64,000 bases of DNA from Candidatus Entotheonellaceae bacterium (GCA_965238075.1 OZ250173.1:2848001-2912000); one strand, 5' to 3'; shown: positions 22,139 to 32,481, counted from the first letter of the stretch. The notes: generated from the letters alone by a model not told the origin. Numbers and translations: made by a program.

Positions 22139-23818
22139 ATGGCTGAGTACGATGTGGTTATTCGCGGCGGCACCATTGTAGATGGAACAGGCATTCCGCC
22201 GTTTCGAGCCGATCTGGCCGTCAAGGACGGTCGGATCGCGATGATTAGCGGTCGTATCAAAGCCGGCGGCGCCCGGGAGATCGACGCCAAGGGATGCAAC
22301 GTGGCGCCCGGCGCGATCGATCTGCACACGCATTATGATGCCCAACTGAACTGGGACCCTTACGCCACGTTATCCGGCTGGTTTGGCGTCACCTCTGTCA
22401 GCATTGGCCAGTGCGGCTTTGGCTTCGCGCCGACGCGGCCAGATGACCGCGATCTCAACATGCGCATGATGAACCGCATTGAAGCCATTCCCATGAAGTC
22501 GATGGAGCTCGGGCTGCGCTGGGACTGGGAGACCTTCCCGGAATATCTCGACAGCCTGGACCGCCAAGGCTTGGGGGTGAACGTGGGCGCGCTGGTGCCT
22601 TTCTCGCCCCTGCGTGGCTATGTGTTGGGGATGCGAGAAGCGCGTGAGCGCACCTCGGTGACCGAGGCCGAACTGAGCCAGATGAAAAAGCTTCTCCACG
22701 AAGCCATGCAAGCCGGGGCTTTCGGCTTCTCTGCCGACCAGAATCTCGAAGACCGCACGGAAGACGGCAGCGCCTTGCCGAGTCACGTGGCGTCGCCGGA
22801 AGAGTTTCTTGGGCTCGCGGAGGTGCTGTCCGACTTTGGCGTTGGCCACATGGGATGGACCATCGGCATTTCCAACACGGCCCATGAACAACACCTGCTG
22901 CTTCTGGACATGATGCAGCGCAGCGGACGGCCGCTGCACGTGGCCGTTGGGGATGATGAGGAAGGTTACACGTGGGCCAGCGAAGCGCGTGCCGAAGGGC
23001 TGCCGGTTGTGGTGCAGCAGAATTCCATGGATCCCGTGTCGGAGTTTACCCTGGCTGAGTACAACATGTTTGATTACATGCCCAACTGGATTCAGCCATT
23101 GGTTGGGACAGCTGTCGAGCGCGGCATGAAACTAAGTGACACGGAGACACGGGCCGCCATGAAACGCGACGTGACCGACCGGCCGCATGCCAGAACCGAT
23201 TGGCGCCATATGACCGTGGTCGAGGTGACCCACGAGCACAACCGGCAGTATGAGGGCATGACCATCGAAGACCTGGCTGCCAAGCAACAGAAGCATCCGG
23301 TGGATGCTCTCCTCGATCTGGCGTTGGATGAAGGGCTGCAGACGACGTTCAGCCATCAGATGTCGAACCGAGGCGACGAGGCCCTGGCCCGCCGCATTGC
23401 GAGCCCCTATTCCCACATCTCCCTGTCGGACGGCGGCGCCCATATCCGCTATCTCACCATCAGCACCTGGCCGGTCCATTTCCTGGGCTACTGGGTGCGT
23501 GATCGGCAGTTGGTCAGCATCGAGCAGGCGCACTACAAGATGAGCGCCTACCCGGCCTGGTTAGCCGATTTCAAAGGACGCGGCACGCTGCGCGTGGGCG
23601 ACTGGGCCGACATCATGATCTACGATCTCGAACAGCTCGGCTATGTCTATGACAAGCCGACCTATGCAAGTGATTTTCCCGGCGGCGAGTGGCGCCGGGT
23701 GCAGAAACCCACCGGCATACGCCACATTCTGGTGAATGGCGCCGTCACGTTCGAAGAGAATGAGTGCACCAGCGCCTTGCCAGGCAAGTTGTTGCGCAGC
23801 TACGACATGGTGGGTTAA
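22139..23818 (+). CDS. Amidohydrolase, N-acyl-D-amino-acid deacylase family
   Basis: IRGGTIVDGTG, PGAIDLHTHYDAQ, WDWETFPEYL, SDGGAH, GRGTLRVGDWADI. Confidence 0.88.
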   Translation: MAEYDVVIRGGTIVDGTGIPPFRADLAVKDGRIAMISGRIKAGGAREIDAKGCNVAPGAIDLHTHYDAQLNWDPYATLSGWFGVTSVSIGQCGFGFAPTRPDDRDLNMRMMNRIEAIPMKSMELGLRWDWETFPEYLDSLDRQGLGVNVGALVPFSPLRGYVLGMREARERTSVTEAELSQMKKLLHEAMQAGAFGFSADQNLEDRTEDGSALPSHVASPEEFLGLAEVLSDFGVGHMGWTIGISNTAHEQHLLLLDMMQRSGRPLHVAVGDDEEGYTWASEARAEGLPVVVQQNSMDPVSEFTLAEYNMFDYMPNWIQPLVGTAVERGMKLSDTETRAAMKRDVTDRPHARTDWRHMTVVEVTHEHNRQYEGMTIEDLAAKQQKHPVDALLDLALDEGLQTTFSHQMSNRGDEALARRIASPYSHISLSDGGAHIRYLTISTWPVHFLGYWVRDRQLVSIEQAHYKMSAYPAWLADFKGRGTLRVGDWADIMIYDLEQLGYVYDKPTYASDFPGGEWRRVQKPTGIRHILVNGAVTFEENECTSALPGKLLRSYDMVG

Positions 23819-23868
23819 TGGTCAGGCAAAGTCTGAATCGGTAGCGTTTCCATAGCATTCACGTTCGT

Positions 23869-23903
23869 CGGGGTTGGAGGCTGCCCGTCATCCCCCAACC
23901 CCG
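23869..23903. terminator. Hairpin between convergent genes
   Basis: cggggttgg / ccaaccccg 9-bp inverted repeat after the deacylase stop. Confidence 0.5.
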
Positions 23904-23934
23904 TCTCTATGTACCGCAGGAATCCGGCTCTCCC

Positions 23935-24108
23935 TCACATAGGCCCGCCACGCTCTAATCTATCCGGCTGTTGCCGAGAACGTAGACGTCTCGTGTGCTC
24001 GGCCCACAACTCGCGTTCTTCCTTTTTCGACTTTCCAGATAACAATTGCGCAACATACTCTACGCCACGACGCTTCAAGACGATGCATTCCGGTTCACGA
24101 GTTGTCAT
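23935..24108 (-). CDS. 57-aa small protein, probable orphan TA partner (not in ORF track)
   Basis: RBS gaggtg, then MTTREPECIVLKRRGVEYVAQLLSGKSKKEERELWAEHTRRLRSR...; resembles small 'CVxMKRRGAE...W' proteins that accompany PIN toxins (recalled). Confidence 0.5.
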   Translation of the reverse strand: MTTREPECIVLKRRGVEYVAQLLSGKSKKEERELWAEHTRRLRSRQQPDRLERGGPM

Positions 24109-24201
24109 ATTGACTCACCTCGTCAATCCTTTGGAACTTCGACCGTTACCGGCCTCACATCTAACCTCCCACCCTCGTCTCCGCACCGCCCGGCAACCTG
24201 A

Positions 24202-24435
24202 TCAAGAGACAAAGTCGAAGACTTGCATGGAAACTGACTTGGCGGCTTTGGATTCGCCGCGAACCATCGTGCGGACTTTCTCTACGGTCTCTCGGCTGAA
24301 GGCTTGCTCGCCGCATCGGGCGCATACCATAGCCGGAATACCGCCGACGAGAACGTATTCCCCGTCGATTCGGAAAACCTCGTCAACCCGTTCTTCCCGG
24401 CTCTCCTCGGCGCGACAGACTGGGCAGGCAGGCAT
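24202..24435 (-). CDS. YgiT-type zinc-finger protein (MqsA N-domain-like)
   Basis: CPVC...VLVGGIPAMVCARCGEQAFSRETVEKV. Confidence 0.85.
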   Translation of the reverse strand: MPACPVCRAEESREERVDEVFRIDGEYVLVGGIPAMVCARCGEQAFSRETVEKVRTMVRGESKAAKSVSMQVFDFVS

Positions 24436-24544
24436 GCCATCTCTTTATGTAATCGTCAATTGATTCGTTCGGATTCGGCTCGTACAGCGTTACGATCCTC
24501 ACCATTTGGGTGTCCGCAACGGTCTCCGTCCAGCACACCCTCAC
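24383..24544 (-). pseudogene. Chimeric remnant: RelE/ParE toxin start fused to DUF4258-like C-terminus
   Basis: GTG overlaps the upstream antitoxin stop. MRVCWTET (ParE-like start) joins in frame to VRIVTLYEPNPNE (DUF4258-like end) just before the YgiT gene. Confidence 0.5.
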
Positions 24545-24730
24545 ACTGACAACCCAAACTTCGCTCGGACTTCACCGACGTCCAATGCCTGACCGGCTTC
24601 GCTATCTTCGAGTCCGGCCACAATGGCTTGCCGGACATAGATGGTGTAGATCAGATCATTCCACGTAGCGCTTTCAGGCAGGCTTTCTGCCAGGCAATGG
24701 GCTTTCCTGGTTCACATCTGGCGCGTGCAT
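24541..24730 (-). pseudogene. Frameshifted antitoxin
   Basis: Removing one A in 'gaaagc' gives MHAPDVNQEAHCLAESLPESATWNDLIYTIYVRQAIVAGLEDSEAGQALDVGEVRAKFGLSV, typical of ParE-associated antitoxins. Confidence 0.6.
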
Positions 24731-24974
24731 GGTGTCGGCCTCGGGACGACTTTATGGGGTTGATTGTCATACGGCTGGGAGAGCTTGGCTGGCAACGGAA
24801 TTCGGTCAATTGCCGCTTTGGACAAATGGGCTACCGCCTGTCCAAGTTCATTCAACGGTTGCACCCACATAACGCTTCTGCTGAGCGGCGGCAACAGGAG
24901 GGAGACCCGCGAACAACGAAAACATGCACTGTCGCTCGTCCGCTTCAGCAGAAGACGACCAGGGAAGGCACTCT

Positions 24975-25252
24975 TTAATAGACTTCCTTATGAGTTCCAA
25001 CCTCTCGAGCAAGAGTGCTTCGGAACCCTCATGTTGGAGAACTGGAAAACAATCCTTAGATCATACCCAAGACTGTACGCCCAGGAGCCTGCAAATTCCC
25101 CTTTCAGCTTGTGGCTCCGTAGTTGAGGTGAAACGCATCTTCAGCCAGTAACGCCAATGTGGCTCGTAAATCTTCAGCGATGTGGGGATGTCTTCTCACC
25201 ACGCGTCGGCCGCCCTCACAAAGGCACTGGAGCGCAGCAGGAGTCGTTTCAC
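24975..25252 (-). pseudogene. RelE/YafQ-type mRNA interferase with four single-base deletions
   Basis: Reconstructed MKRLLLRSSAFVRAARRVVRRHPHIAEDLRATLALLAEDAFHPQLRSHKLKGEFAGSWAYSLGYDLRIVFQF.QHEGSEALLLE.VGTHKEVY needs four frame corrections. Confidence 0.7.
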
Positions 25253-25464
25253 GATTCGCTCTCGTTCATGAGTTCTTCCGGTCTCGCGGGTCGACACTGA
25301 CCCGCTTGAAATTCGTGTTGCGCCTGTTGAACGTCTTGGACGAGTTCTCCCCGTCGCCGCTCGACAATACGACGATGCAGAATCTCTTTGAGGATTTCCT
25401 GATCTTCCAGAGATAAGGCCTCGATACCTTCCAGGACTTCTCCAAAAGGCAGGGCCTTTGGCAT
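25249..25464 (-). CDS. Antitoxin partner of the RelE/YafQ-like pseudogene
   Basis: 71 aa, FGEVLEGIEALSLEDQEIL...RRRGELVQDV...PEELM; GTGA overlap with the toxin. Confidence 0.7.
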   Translation of the reverse strand: MPKALPFGEVLEGIEALSLEDQEILKEILHRRIVERRRGELVQDVQQAQHEFQAGQCRPARPEELMNESES

Positions 25465-25760
25465 GATTTACGTCCCCCTCCTGGGTTGTGTCACATTGGC
25501 TTAACGGTGCCGCTTAGGCGGATGACCGGAGGAAAGCCTTAAGTTGCGTTTGATTTGGACTACAGTCAGAAGTTACCTGCTCCATGCCAAGGTTAGGTGA
25601 AAGAGGCTGTCAATGGCACAAAAAGCCCCGGAAAACACTTTCGGATTCGGATGAGGCATGACGCTGGTCCAGCCGTACTGCATGTTCCCTGACGATGCGG
25701 CCGCAGCAGCATGGTTTGTTGAACTCGCCCGTTGGCTTCGCAACAAAGGTGGGGCAGCCT

Positions 25761-26762
25761 CTATTGAACATGACGGTCTTCCGACCGACCCACTTCGATA
25801 GAGAGATCACCAAAAAGTTGGCGCGTTTCATGGATTTTTTCGCTTGGAACAATCAGCCGGGTAGCCATCTCAAACAAATCACCCGGGTTGGGCTGAGAGA
25901 GTGAAACTGCTCTGTCTACGCGGCGAAATGTTTCATTCTTATACCCCAACTCACGTTTCCAAAAGGCGTTGTCGAGATCGATGAGACATTGCTTCTCGTT
26001 CTCGTCAAGGGTACGCCCACGAGGGGCTTCATTGACAAAATAGCCCGCCGTAATTCGCCATTCACGTTGCCTATAGTAGCCAAGCAGTTCATCAACGTGC
26101 TCGTCGTCTGTTGGGTAGAATAGCGACTGTGCAATGGAAGTTACTGCTGTCATTGCTTCAAAGGGCGCGTTTTCAAAGCCAATAAAACTCAGAAGATCTT
26201 TTATCGCACCCCATGGGACTTGAAACTCCTGAAGAGTTCCTCTTTCTTCATCGCCATTCCTCAGATTAAACATGCAGTCATCACTTATCCGTGTGGCCCC
26301 CGGAAACTTGTTTTGGACATGGGCTGGGTCGTTGAACCGATTCAGAAAATTAAGCTGTTCCAGCGTATGCCTGATGTGATCAGTATGACTTACAAGAAAC
26401 GCACCCAATAATGCCATATGGTCCTGCTCTGACAATGCTTGAGGCATGTAGATTACGGGTAACGCTCCAGCACGCCTCAACGCCATAATGTCAAATTCGA
26501 TGGCGAACGGGCCAAAACGCTTTGAATGTTCTCCTAATTCGTTTCGCGACAACTCAGTAAAGCAGACGCGCTGTTGCAAAAGTCGGATGGGCGATGGACT
26601 CCCGATACTGACTGGTGTTCTCCACTCGACAATTTCTGGAGCCAAAATCAAGCCCAGCCGCTTCATCGATTGGATGATAGACCATCCCCTATCAATAGTC
26701 TGGCTAGGTGTTTGCCCGACGCGCGGTCTTGGAAAGCTGTGATAAAAATACCTGGGAGCCAT
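25761..26762 (-). CDS. AbiGi-like putative phage-defence protein
   Basis: YFYHSF near the N-terminus, VCFTELSRNELGEHSKRFGPFAIEF...GALPVIY and YYRQREWR resemble the AbiGi family pattern. Visibly lower GC than its neighbours. Confidence 0.55.
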   Translation of the reverse strand: MAPRYFYHSFPRPRVGQTPSQTIDRGWSIIQSMKRLGLILAPEIVEWRTPVSIGSPSPIRLLQQRVCFTELSRNELGEHSKRFGPFAIEFDIMALRRAGALPVIYMPQALSEQDHMALLGAFLVSHTDHIRHTLEQLNFLNRFNDPAHVQNKFPGATRISDDCMFNLRNGDEERGTLQEFQVPWGAIKDLLSFIGFENAPFEAMTAVTSIAQSLFYPTDDEHVDELLGYYRQREWRITAGYFVNEAPRGRTLDENEKQCLIDLDNAFWKRELGYKNETFRRVDRAVSLSQPNPGDLFEMATRLIVPSEKIHETRQLFGDLSIEVGRSEDRHVQ

Positions 26763-26870
26763 CCTGAGAATTCCCCTTTGCCGAGAACGATGAAGGTGGC
26801 AAACCTGCGATTCTCTCCGTGAGGTTAAATGTTCGTGGCACTTGTAGCTCCTTAAAGCCAACTAACCATT

Positions 26871-29800
26871 CTACACCGCCACCCGCGTCTCCGTATCACC
26901 CGCTGCCAGAGCGTTCATGTAGGCCAGAATCAGGTCCCGCGTGCGGTAGCGGCCGAATTGCTTTTCGTCCTCGTGGCGCACGATGGGGAAGGTGTCGAGC
27001 ACGTAGCCGACGTCTTCCCGTGATAGGCCGTAGAGGTGGAAGTAGAGGGCGTCGAGGCGGGCGCGCAGGTGGCGGCGTTCTTCGTCGTCCCAGGGGAAGG
27101 GCGGGCCGTCGTAGCCGAGGTCGCGGGCGAAGGGGGCCATGTCGTGGGCGGTGTAGGTGAGGCGCAGCACGTGGTCGCGGACGAGGGCACGGGCGGTCGT
27201 TGCGCCGAATGGCCGGTCGTAGTCCGCAGGGGCAATGACAGGGAGTTGCTCGACGATGTACCAGTTGAGGTGCGTTCCTTGTGTCTTTTGCCTGACGACG
27301 AAGTCCACGCACAGGGAGTTCAGGTTGCCCACAAGGCATGCAGCAAGCGGGGCGCTCAGAGAAGAGCTGTCGCCCAGCAGCAAAGGCAACGTGTTCCCAT
27401 AGCCCGCCCACGGAACGATTGCGGCGATCAGGGTCCGCACATCCGTCGGTCTGCCGATGTCACGGAACCCCACTGTCCAGCTTCGTGACAGGGGTAGAAC
27501 CTGTTCCACGTCTGATTCTGGAACCCAGTATTGCGTCTGCGGAAGAAAGTCAGGATCAGCGCGCTCCGTATCGGCCACCGGTTCACTCAGATAGGGATTA
27601 TGGGTGTTCGCCGGGTTCACACGAACCGAGTTGGCACGATGGTCGAAATGTCCAATCATCCGTCCCTGATACAGCGGCAGATACAGGTCCTCCCCCCGTT
27701 TCCAGCGATTGCCCTGCACCGGGTAGAAACCTTCTGTGTCGAGTTGCGTGGCGGTGCGGAAGCGGTTCGAGTCGTTGGTCATGTCGAACATGCGCACGTA
27801 CCGCACCGGCCACGCCTTGCGCTCGCCGCCGCCAGAGCGGTCCACCAGTATGGGATGCCGTTCGTAGATACGGCGGGTGATGTCCGCATCGCGTCGGGTG
27901 CGGAACACGGGCGCGGTGCCGGTGTTGGGATTGACGCGGGCAAAGTCGGACGGCGCCAGCGGGAAGCAGCGGTCCGCGTCGTCTATCTCGGCGGTGTCGT
28001 GCAGGAAGAAGGCGCAACGCGTCTCGTTGAACCGTCGCGCTTCGCCGCCAACGATCAGGGCGCAGAATTTGAACGAAGCATGGATGTCCTTAAAGAAGAT
28101 TTTTTATTCTCGAAATCAAACAGCCCGCGTAATCGCCCGCTCGTGGACACGGACTTGAAGAAATCGGCCGCCGTCTTGTCGGCGCATATGCCCGACGGCG
28201 TCAGCAGGCCCACCAGGCCGTCGGGCTTGACTAGGTGCATGGCCCGCTCAACGAACAGCGAATACAGGTTGATGTCGCCGCCGCCGAGCAGCGGGTAATC
28301 GTCGGACACCCGCACCAGTTGGCCCAGACTGTCGGCGCGCGCCTTGGCGTCGTCGAACGCGGCGGCCAGCGGATCACCCGCGTCGCGCAGTCGCTGGATG
28401 CCTTTTCGCCGTGCCGCCGCGGTTGGCGCCAGCGCGAGATCGGGGGCGCGGGTGGCGAACCACTCGACTTCCTGCAGCTTGATGCGGTCCCACGGCGGGT
28501 TGCCGATGACGGCGTCGAAACCGCCTTCCGGGCGGACGTTCTGCCAGTGTTGCCAGACGCCGGGAAAAGCAGCCTCCCAGTGCAGGAAGCCTTCGCGGTC
28601 GGCAATGGCGCGGGCATTGCGCCACAACTCGGCAAACTGCGCCCAGGCCGCGGCGTCGGCATGGGGCGGACGATCCGTACGCTCCGGGCCACGAGCCAGC
28701 AGGCTGTAGGCATCGTCCCGCAAGGCGGCCACCAGTTGACCCTCCGCCCGGTCTTTCTCGCGCGTCTTCACGCCCGCCGTCATCCACCGCCAGCCGCAGA
28801 CGAAATCGAGCAGGCCGCGCAGGTCGGCGGTCGTCTCCTCTACCCGCACGAACAGCGACGCCGATTCCCGCACCTCGGCCACGTCGGCGTCGGACATCGC
28901 CTCGATGCGCTGCATGCCCGCGGTGGCGGCCTCGGCGCCGGCGATGGCGGAACCGGCGAACAGGCCGCCGAGCCGGTGCAACTCGCCCGTGGCATCCTGC
29001 ACCCGCACCCCGATGAGCGAGTCGCCAACCCGCAGGTGGTGGTCCAGGAAGGACAGCGGCGCGCCCACCGTGAAGCTGTGCAGCCACAGCGACACCTTGG
29101 CCAGCTCCACGGTCAGGCGGTTTTTGTCGACGCCGTAGATGCAGCGCTTGAGCACCATGCGTCGGATAATGGCCTGATCCGTCAATTGGGCTTCGTCGAT
29201 GATCCAGTTGGACGCCGCGGCGCGTTGCAGGATGTCGTGGCGGATGCGCTCAATGCGCTGCACCAGCGGCGAGGCGTAGGTGCCGTCCAGCCACGCCGGG
29301 ACCGCCGGCACGTACTCGATCAATTCGGAGATGTAGTCCGACAGGAAATCCACCGCGGTGACCAGGAAGTGGCCGCTGCCCATTGCCGGGTCGAGAACTT
29401 TGAGGTCCAGGACCGCCTCGGCCGGGTCGAGCTTGGTGAGTTCGGCGTGCCGTTTCGCCTTGGGATGGCGGTCATTTTGCAGCGCCGCGGCCTCGCCCTC
29501 GAAGGCCTTGAGCCGTTCCTCCGCCAAGGGCTTGAGGGTGTTGTCCACGATCAGATCGACCAGTTCCTGGGGGGTGTAGAAACTGCCGCTGTCCTTGCGA
29601 ACGTATGGATTGGGGCGGATGGTGATGCTGCCATCGTCGTGACGCACCGGCTCGTGCTCCAGCAGGCGTTCGTAGATCGAGCCGAGTTGCTGCACGGACA
29701 TGTCGCGGTAGTTGACAAAGTGGGACTCGCGGTGGCTCATGGCGTAGATGATGGGCGCGACGGCGGCGTCCGACAGGCGAACGGTCTCCAGCATCGGGGC

Positions 29801-30883
29801 GGACGCGGGCGCAAACAGGCCGCCGTTGTATGGGGGCAGGCCGATGGAGGCGTCGCCCTTGTCGATGAGGGTGAACAGCGTTGTCAGATGGTTGTAGTAG
29901 CTGGCGGCGTGGGCGGAGAAGGTGTCGCCGTCTTGGGTTCGCCGCGCGATGTCGTCGCGCACCCGTTTGCGCAGGCCGTAATCATCGTAGCGCGGGTCGT
30001 TGACGGGGAGCAGCCCGCGGTCTTCGGCGTACAGCACGAACAGCAGCCGGTACAGAAAGATCAGCGCCGCGTCGCGGATTGCCGACAAGTCCCGCGTCGA
30101 TTTCCGGGCGAGGGCGGTCACAAGCCCCGGGAACACGGTGTCGAACACCACGTTGGAGAGGTCGCGCGCCACCTGCTCCTCGTAGCGGCGCCCCTCGGCG
30201 AGCGCGGTTTCCAGGAAGGAGGCCTGCGCCCCATCCCGTAGGTTGGAGGAATCCCGGCGGAACAGCAGGTAGAACGTGCGGAGCGCGTCTTCGTTGCCGG
30301 ATCGCAGCAGGGCTGTGAGATCGGTCTCGTAGTAGCCGCTGGCGCGCGGCCGGGCGCGGGTGTCGTAGAGCCGCCAGACGCCGCCGTTGGTCAAGATACC
30401 CCAGCGCAGGCGCCCGTCGGTGACGCTGTCGGCGGTGGACAGATAGCGGCGTATCTGCCCGTGCGGCGTGCCCGCTCGGGCTTTCCCGGTTGCCTCGCGA
30501 GTATCGAGGGGCAGGCCGAACCGCTTGCTCTCTTCAATGAGCAGGGCGTCCCGGTAGCGTTCTTCGGAGTCGTTGCGGCCGGCGGCGCGGGCCTTGGATT
30601 CGGTGTCGGCGAACAGCAGATGGTCGGGGATGTCTTCGTTGCGCGCCGCGCCCTGCTGGGGCAGGCTGTGGACTCAGCCGAGCAACGCCAAAACGGGGCG
30701 GATCAGGTCCTGCTCGGTGACCGATTCGTTGGGGCTGTCGTAGTGGCTGAACGCCTCGAAGCGCTCGGCAACGGTACTGGCGAACGCGGTGAAGGCTTGC
30801 GGCCGGTCAACGGACGCCTGCCATTCAGGGGTGTGCCGGATGCCGTCGGTCAAAAAGTACTGGGTGAACAATTGGCCGGGCAT
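26871..30883 (-). pseudogene. Type IIG (Eco57I-like) restriction-modification fusion, disrupted
   Basis: PD-(D/E)xK-like N-terminus (IPDHLLF...IEESKRF...WGILTNG), GSFYTP, VLDPAMGSGHFL, GNPPW, C-terminal TRD. In-frame TGA at 30674-30676 and a frameshift in an A6 run at 28100-28105. Confidence 0.85.
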
Positions 30884-31026
30884 GTGGGCCTCAAATGGGT
30901 GAGATTCGCTTGCCGGGCATCGTGACGCCAAAAAGCATTCTACTGCAAAATGGCTTCGTGCCTATCGCTGTGAGCTATTGAGGTGGTTCTGTCCAGAGGG
31001 AAGAACGGCTTGATTGGCGGACCGGT

Positions 31027-31722
31027 TTAGAACGCCAAGTAGCGTTGGAGGTCCGCGTCCGACATGTCTTCGAGCTTACCTTCCAGGACGATGCTGCCTT
31101 GCTCCATGACAAAGACGTGGTCAGCGAGGCGGCTGGCGAACTCGACGTATTGTTCGACGAGCAGGATAGCCATATTGCCAGCTTCTTTCAGGCGCTGGAT
31201 GATGGCTTCGATCTCCAGGATGATGGAGGGCTGGATGCCCTCGGTGGGCTCGTCGAGGAGGAGGAGTTGGGGGCGAGTGACGAGGGCGCGGGCGATGGCC
31301 AATTGCTGTTGCTGGCCGCCGCTGAGGTAGCCGCCCTTGCGGTGCAGCATGGTTTGCAGGCCGGGGAAAAGCTCGAAGATGTCGTCCGGGATGGTGGCAG
31401 AGGGCAGGCCCTGAGCGATGAGGCCGATGCGGAGATTTTCGAGGACGGTCATGTCAGGGAAGATTTCGCGGCCCTGCGGCACATAGCCGATGCCCTGCCG
31501 GGCGCGGCGGTCGGAAGACAGCGCGGTGAGCGGTTTGTCCCGGAACGTGATGGCGCCGGTGCGGGGCTTCAGGAGCCCCATGACGCTCTTCAGCAGCGTC
31601 GTTTTGCCGACGCCGTTGCGTCCCATGAGGCAGACGACCTGACCGGCCGGAACGTGCAGGCCGACGTCCCAGAGGACCTGACTTTCGCCGTAACTCACAC
31701 ACAGGCCGTGGATGGTAAGCAT
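31027..31722 (-). CDS. urtE: Urea ABC transporter ATPase
   Basis: GRNGVGKT, YVPQGREIF, LSGGQQQQLAIARAL, DEPTEGIQPSII. Confidence 0.92.
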   Translation of the reverse strand: MLTIHGLCVSYGESQVLWDVGLHVPAGQVVCLMGRNGVGKTTLLKSVMGLLKPRTGAITFRDKPLTALSSDRRARQGIGYVPQGREIFPDMTVLENLRIGLIAQGLPSATIPDDIFELFPGLQTMLHRKGGYLSGGQQQQLAIARALVTRPQLLLLDEPTEGIQPSIILEIEAIIQRLKEAGNMAILLVEQYVEFASRLADHVFVMEQGSIVLEGKLEDMSDADLQRYLAF

Positions 31723-31728
31723 CGCCGG

Positions 31729-32481
31729 CTAACCCCTTCCCAGGTAGACTTCGACCACCCGGGGGTCGCTTTGCACGTGCGCCACCGAGCCCTCGCAGAG
31801 AATCCGTCCTTCGTGCAGAACCGTTACCCGGTGGGCCGTCTGGCGCACGAATTCCATGTCGTGCTCAACCACCAGCACGGCGTGAGTCTTGGCAAGGTCC
31901 TGCAGAATCTCTCCGGTCTTCTCGCGTTCTTCCCTGGTCATACCGGCAACCGGCTCGTCCAGCAGAAAAAGTGCCGGCTCTTGCACCATGACCATGCCGA
32001 TTTCGAGCCATTGCATCTCGCCGTGCGACAGCGCCCCGGCTTTGTTTTGGGCTTTCTGTTCCAACCCCAGGGTCTGCAAAGTCGAATTAATTTTGTCGGT
32101 ATGGCTGCGGGTCAGGGCACCGAACAGGGTTGCCATCACGTCGCGGCGGAAGCGCAGGGCGAGGGTGAGATTGTCGATGAGCGTGAGATTCTTGAAAACG
32201 GTGGGAGTCTGGAATTTACGCCCGATGCCCAGCAAGGTGATCTCGTGTTCCTCAAGTTTGCTGAGGTCGGTTCGCTGGCCGAAGACGACGCGCCCGGTAT
32301 CCGGCTTGGCTCTGCCGCAGATGACGTCTAGCAAGGTCGTTTTGCCGGCCCCGTTGGGACCGATCAAGGCGCGCAGCTCGCCGTGGTCCACGTAAAAATC
32401 GACCTCTTTCAGCGCCTGGAAGCCGTCGAACGTGACGGTGATGTCCTCGAGGTACATGATGGTGCCGCGTTGTTGTTCCAT
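31729..32481 (-). CDS. urtD: Urea ABC transporter ATPase
   Basis: GPNGAGKTT, GIGRKFQTP, LSHGEMQWLEIGM, DEPVAGMT. Confidence 0.92.
   Translation of the reverse strand: MEQQRGTIMYLEDITVTFDGFQALKEVDFYVDHGELRALIGPNGAGKTTLLDVICGRAKPDTGRVVFGQRTDLSKLEEHEITLLGIGRKFQTPTVFKNLTLIDNLTLALRFRRDVMATLFGALTRSHTDKINSTLQTLGLEQKAQNKAGALSHGEMQWLEIGMVMVQEPALFLLDEPVAGMTREEREKTGEILQDLAKTHAVLVVEHDMEFVRQTAHRVTVLHEGRILCEGSVAHVQSDPRVVEVYLGRG

Noticed and set aside
24712-24894. Fragment ELGQAVAHLSKAAIDRIPLP resembling YjgA/DarP
   Set aside because: Too short, with no clear start or remaining domain; cannot be supported without a search.
28235-30241. Long antisense ORFs (668 aa here; also 4858-6174, 18876-20432, 31045-32331)
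   Set aside because: Shadow frames of GC-rich genes on the opposite strand, with no recognisable motifs.
30640-30676. Selenocysteine at the R-M gene TGA (hairpin cctgc-ccca-gcagg follows)
   Set aside because: Context LLG*V suggests Trp, the loop has no G, and the gene has a second independent lesion.
21209-31026. Integrative element or prophage
   Set aside because: No integrase, transposase, phage genes or flanking direct repeats were seen.
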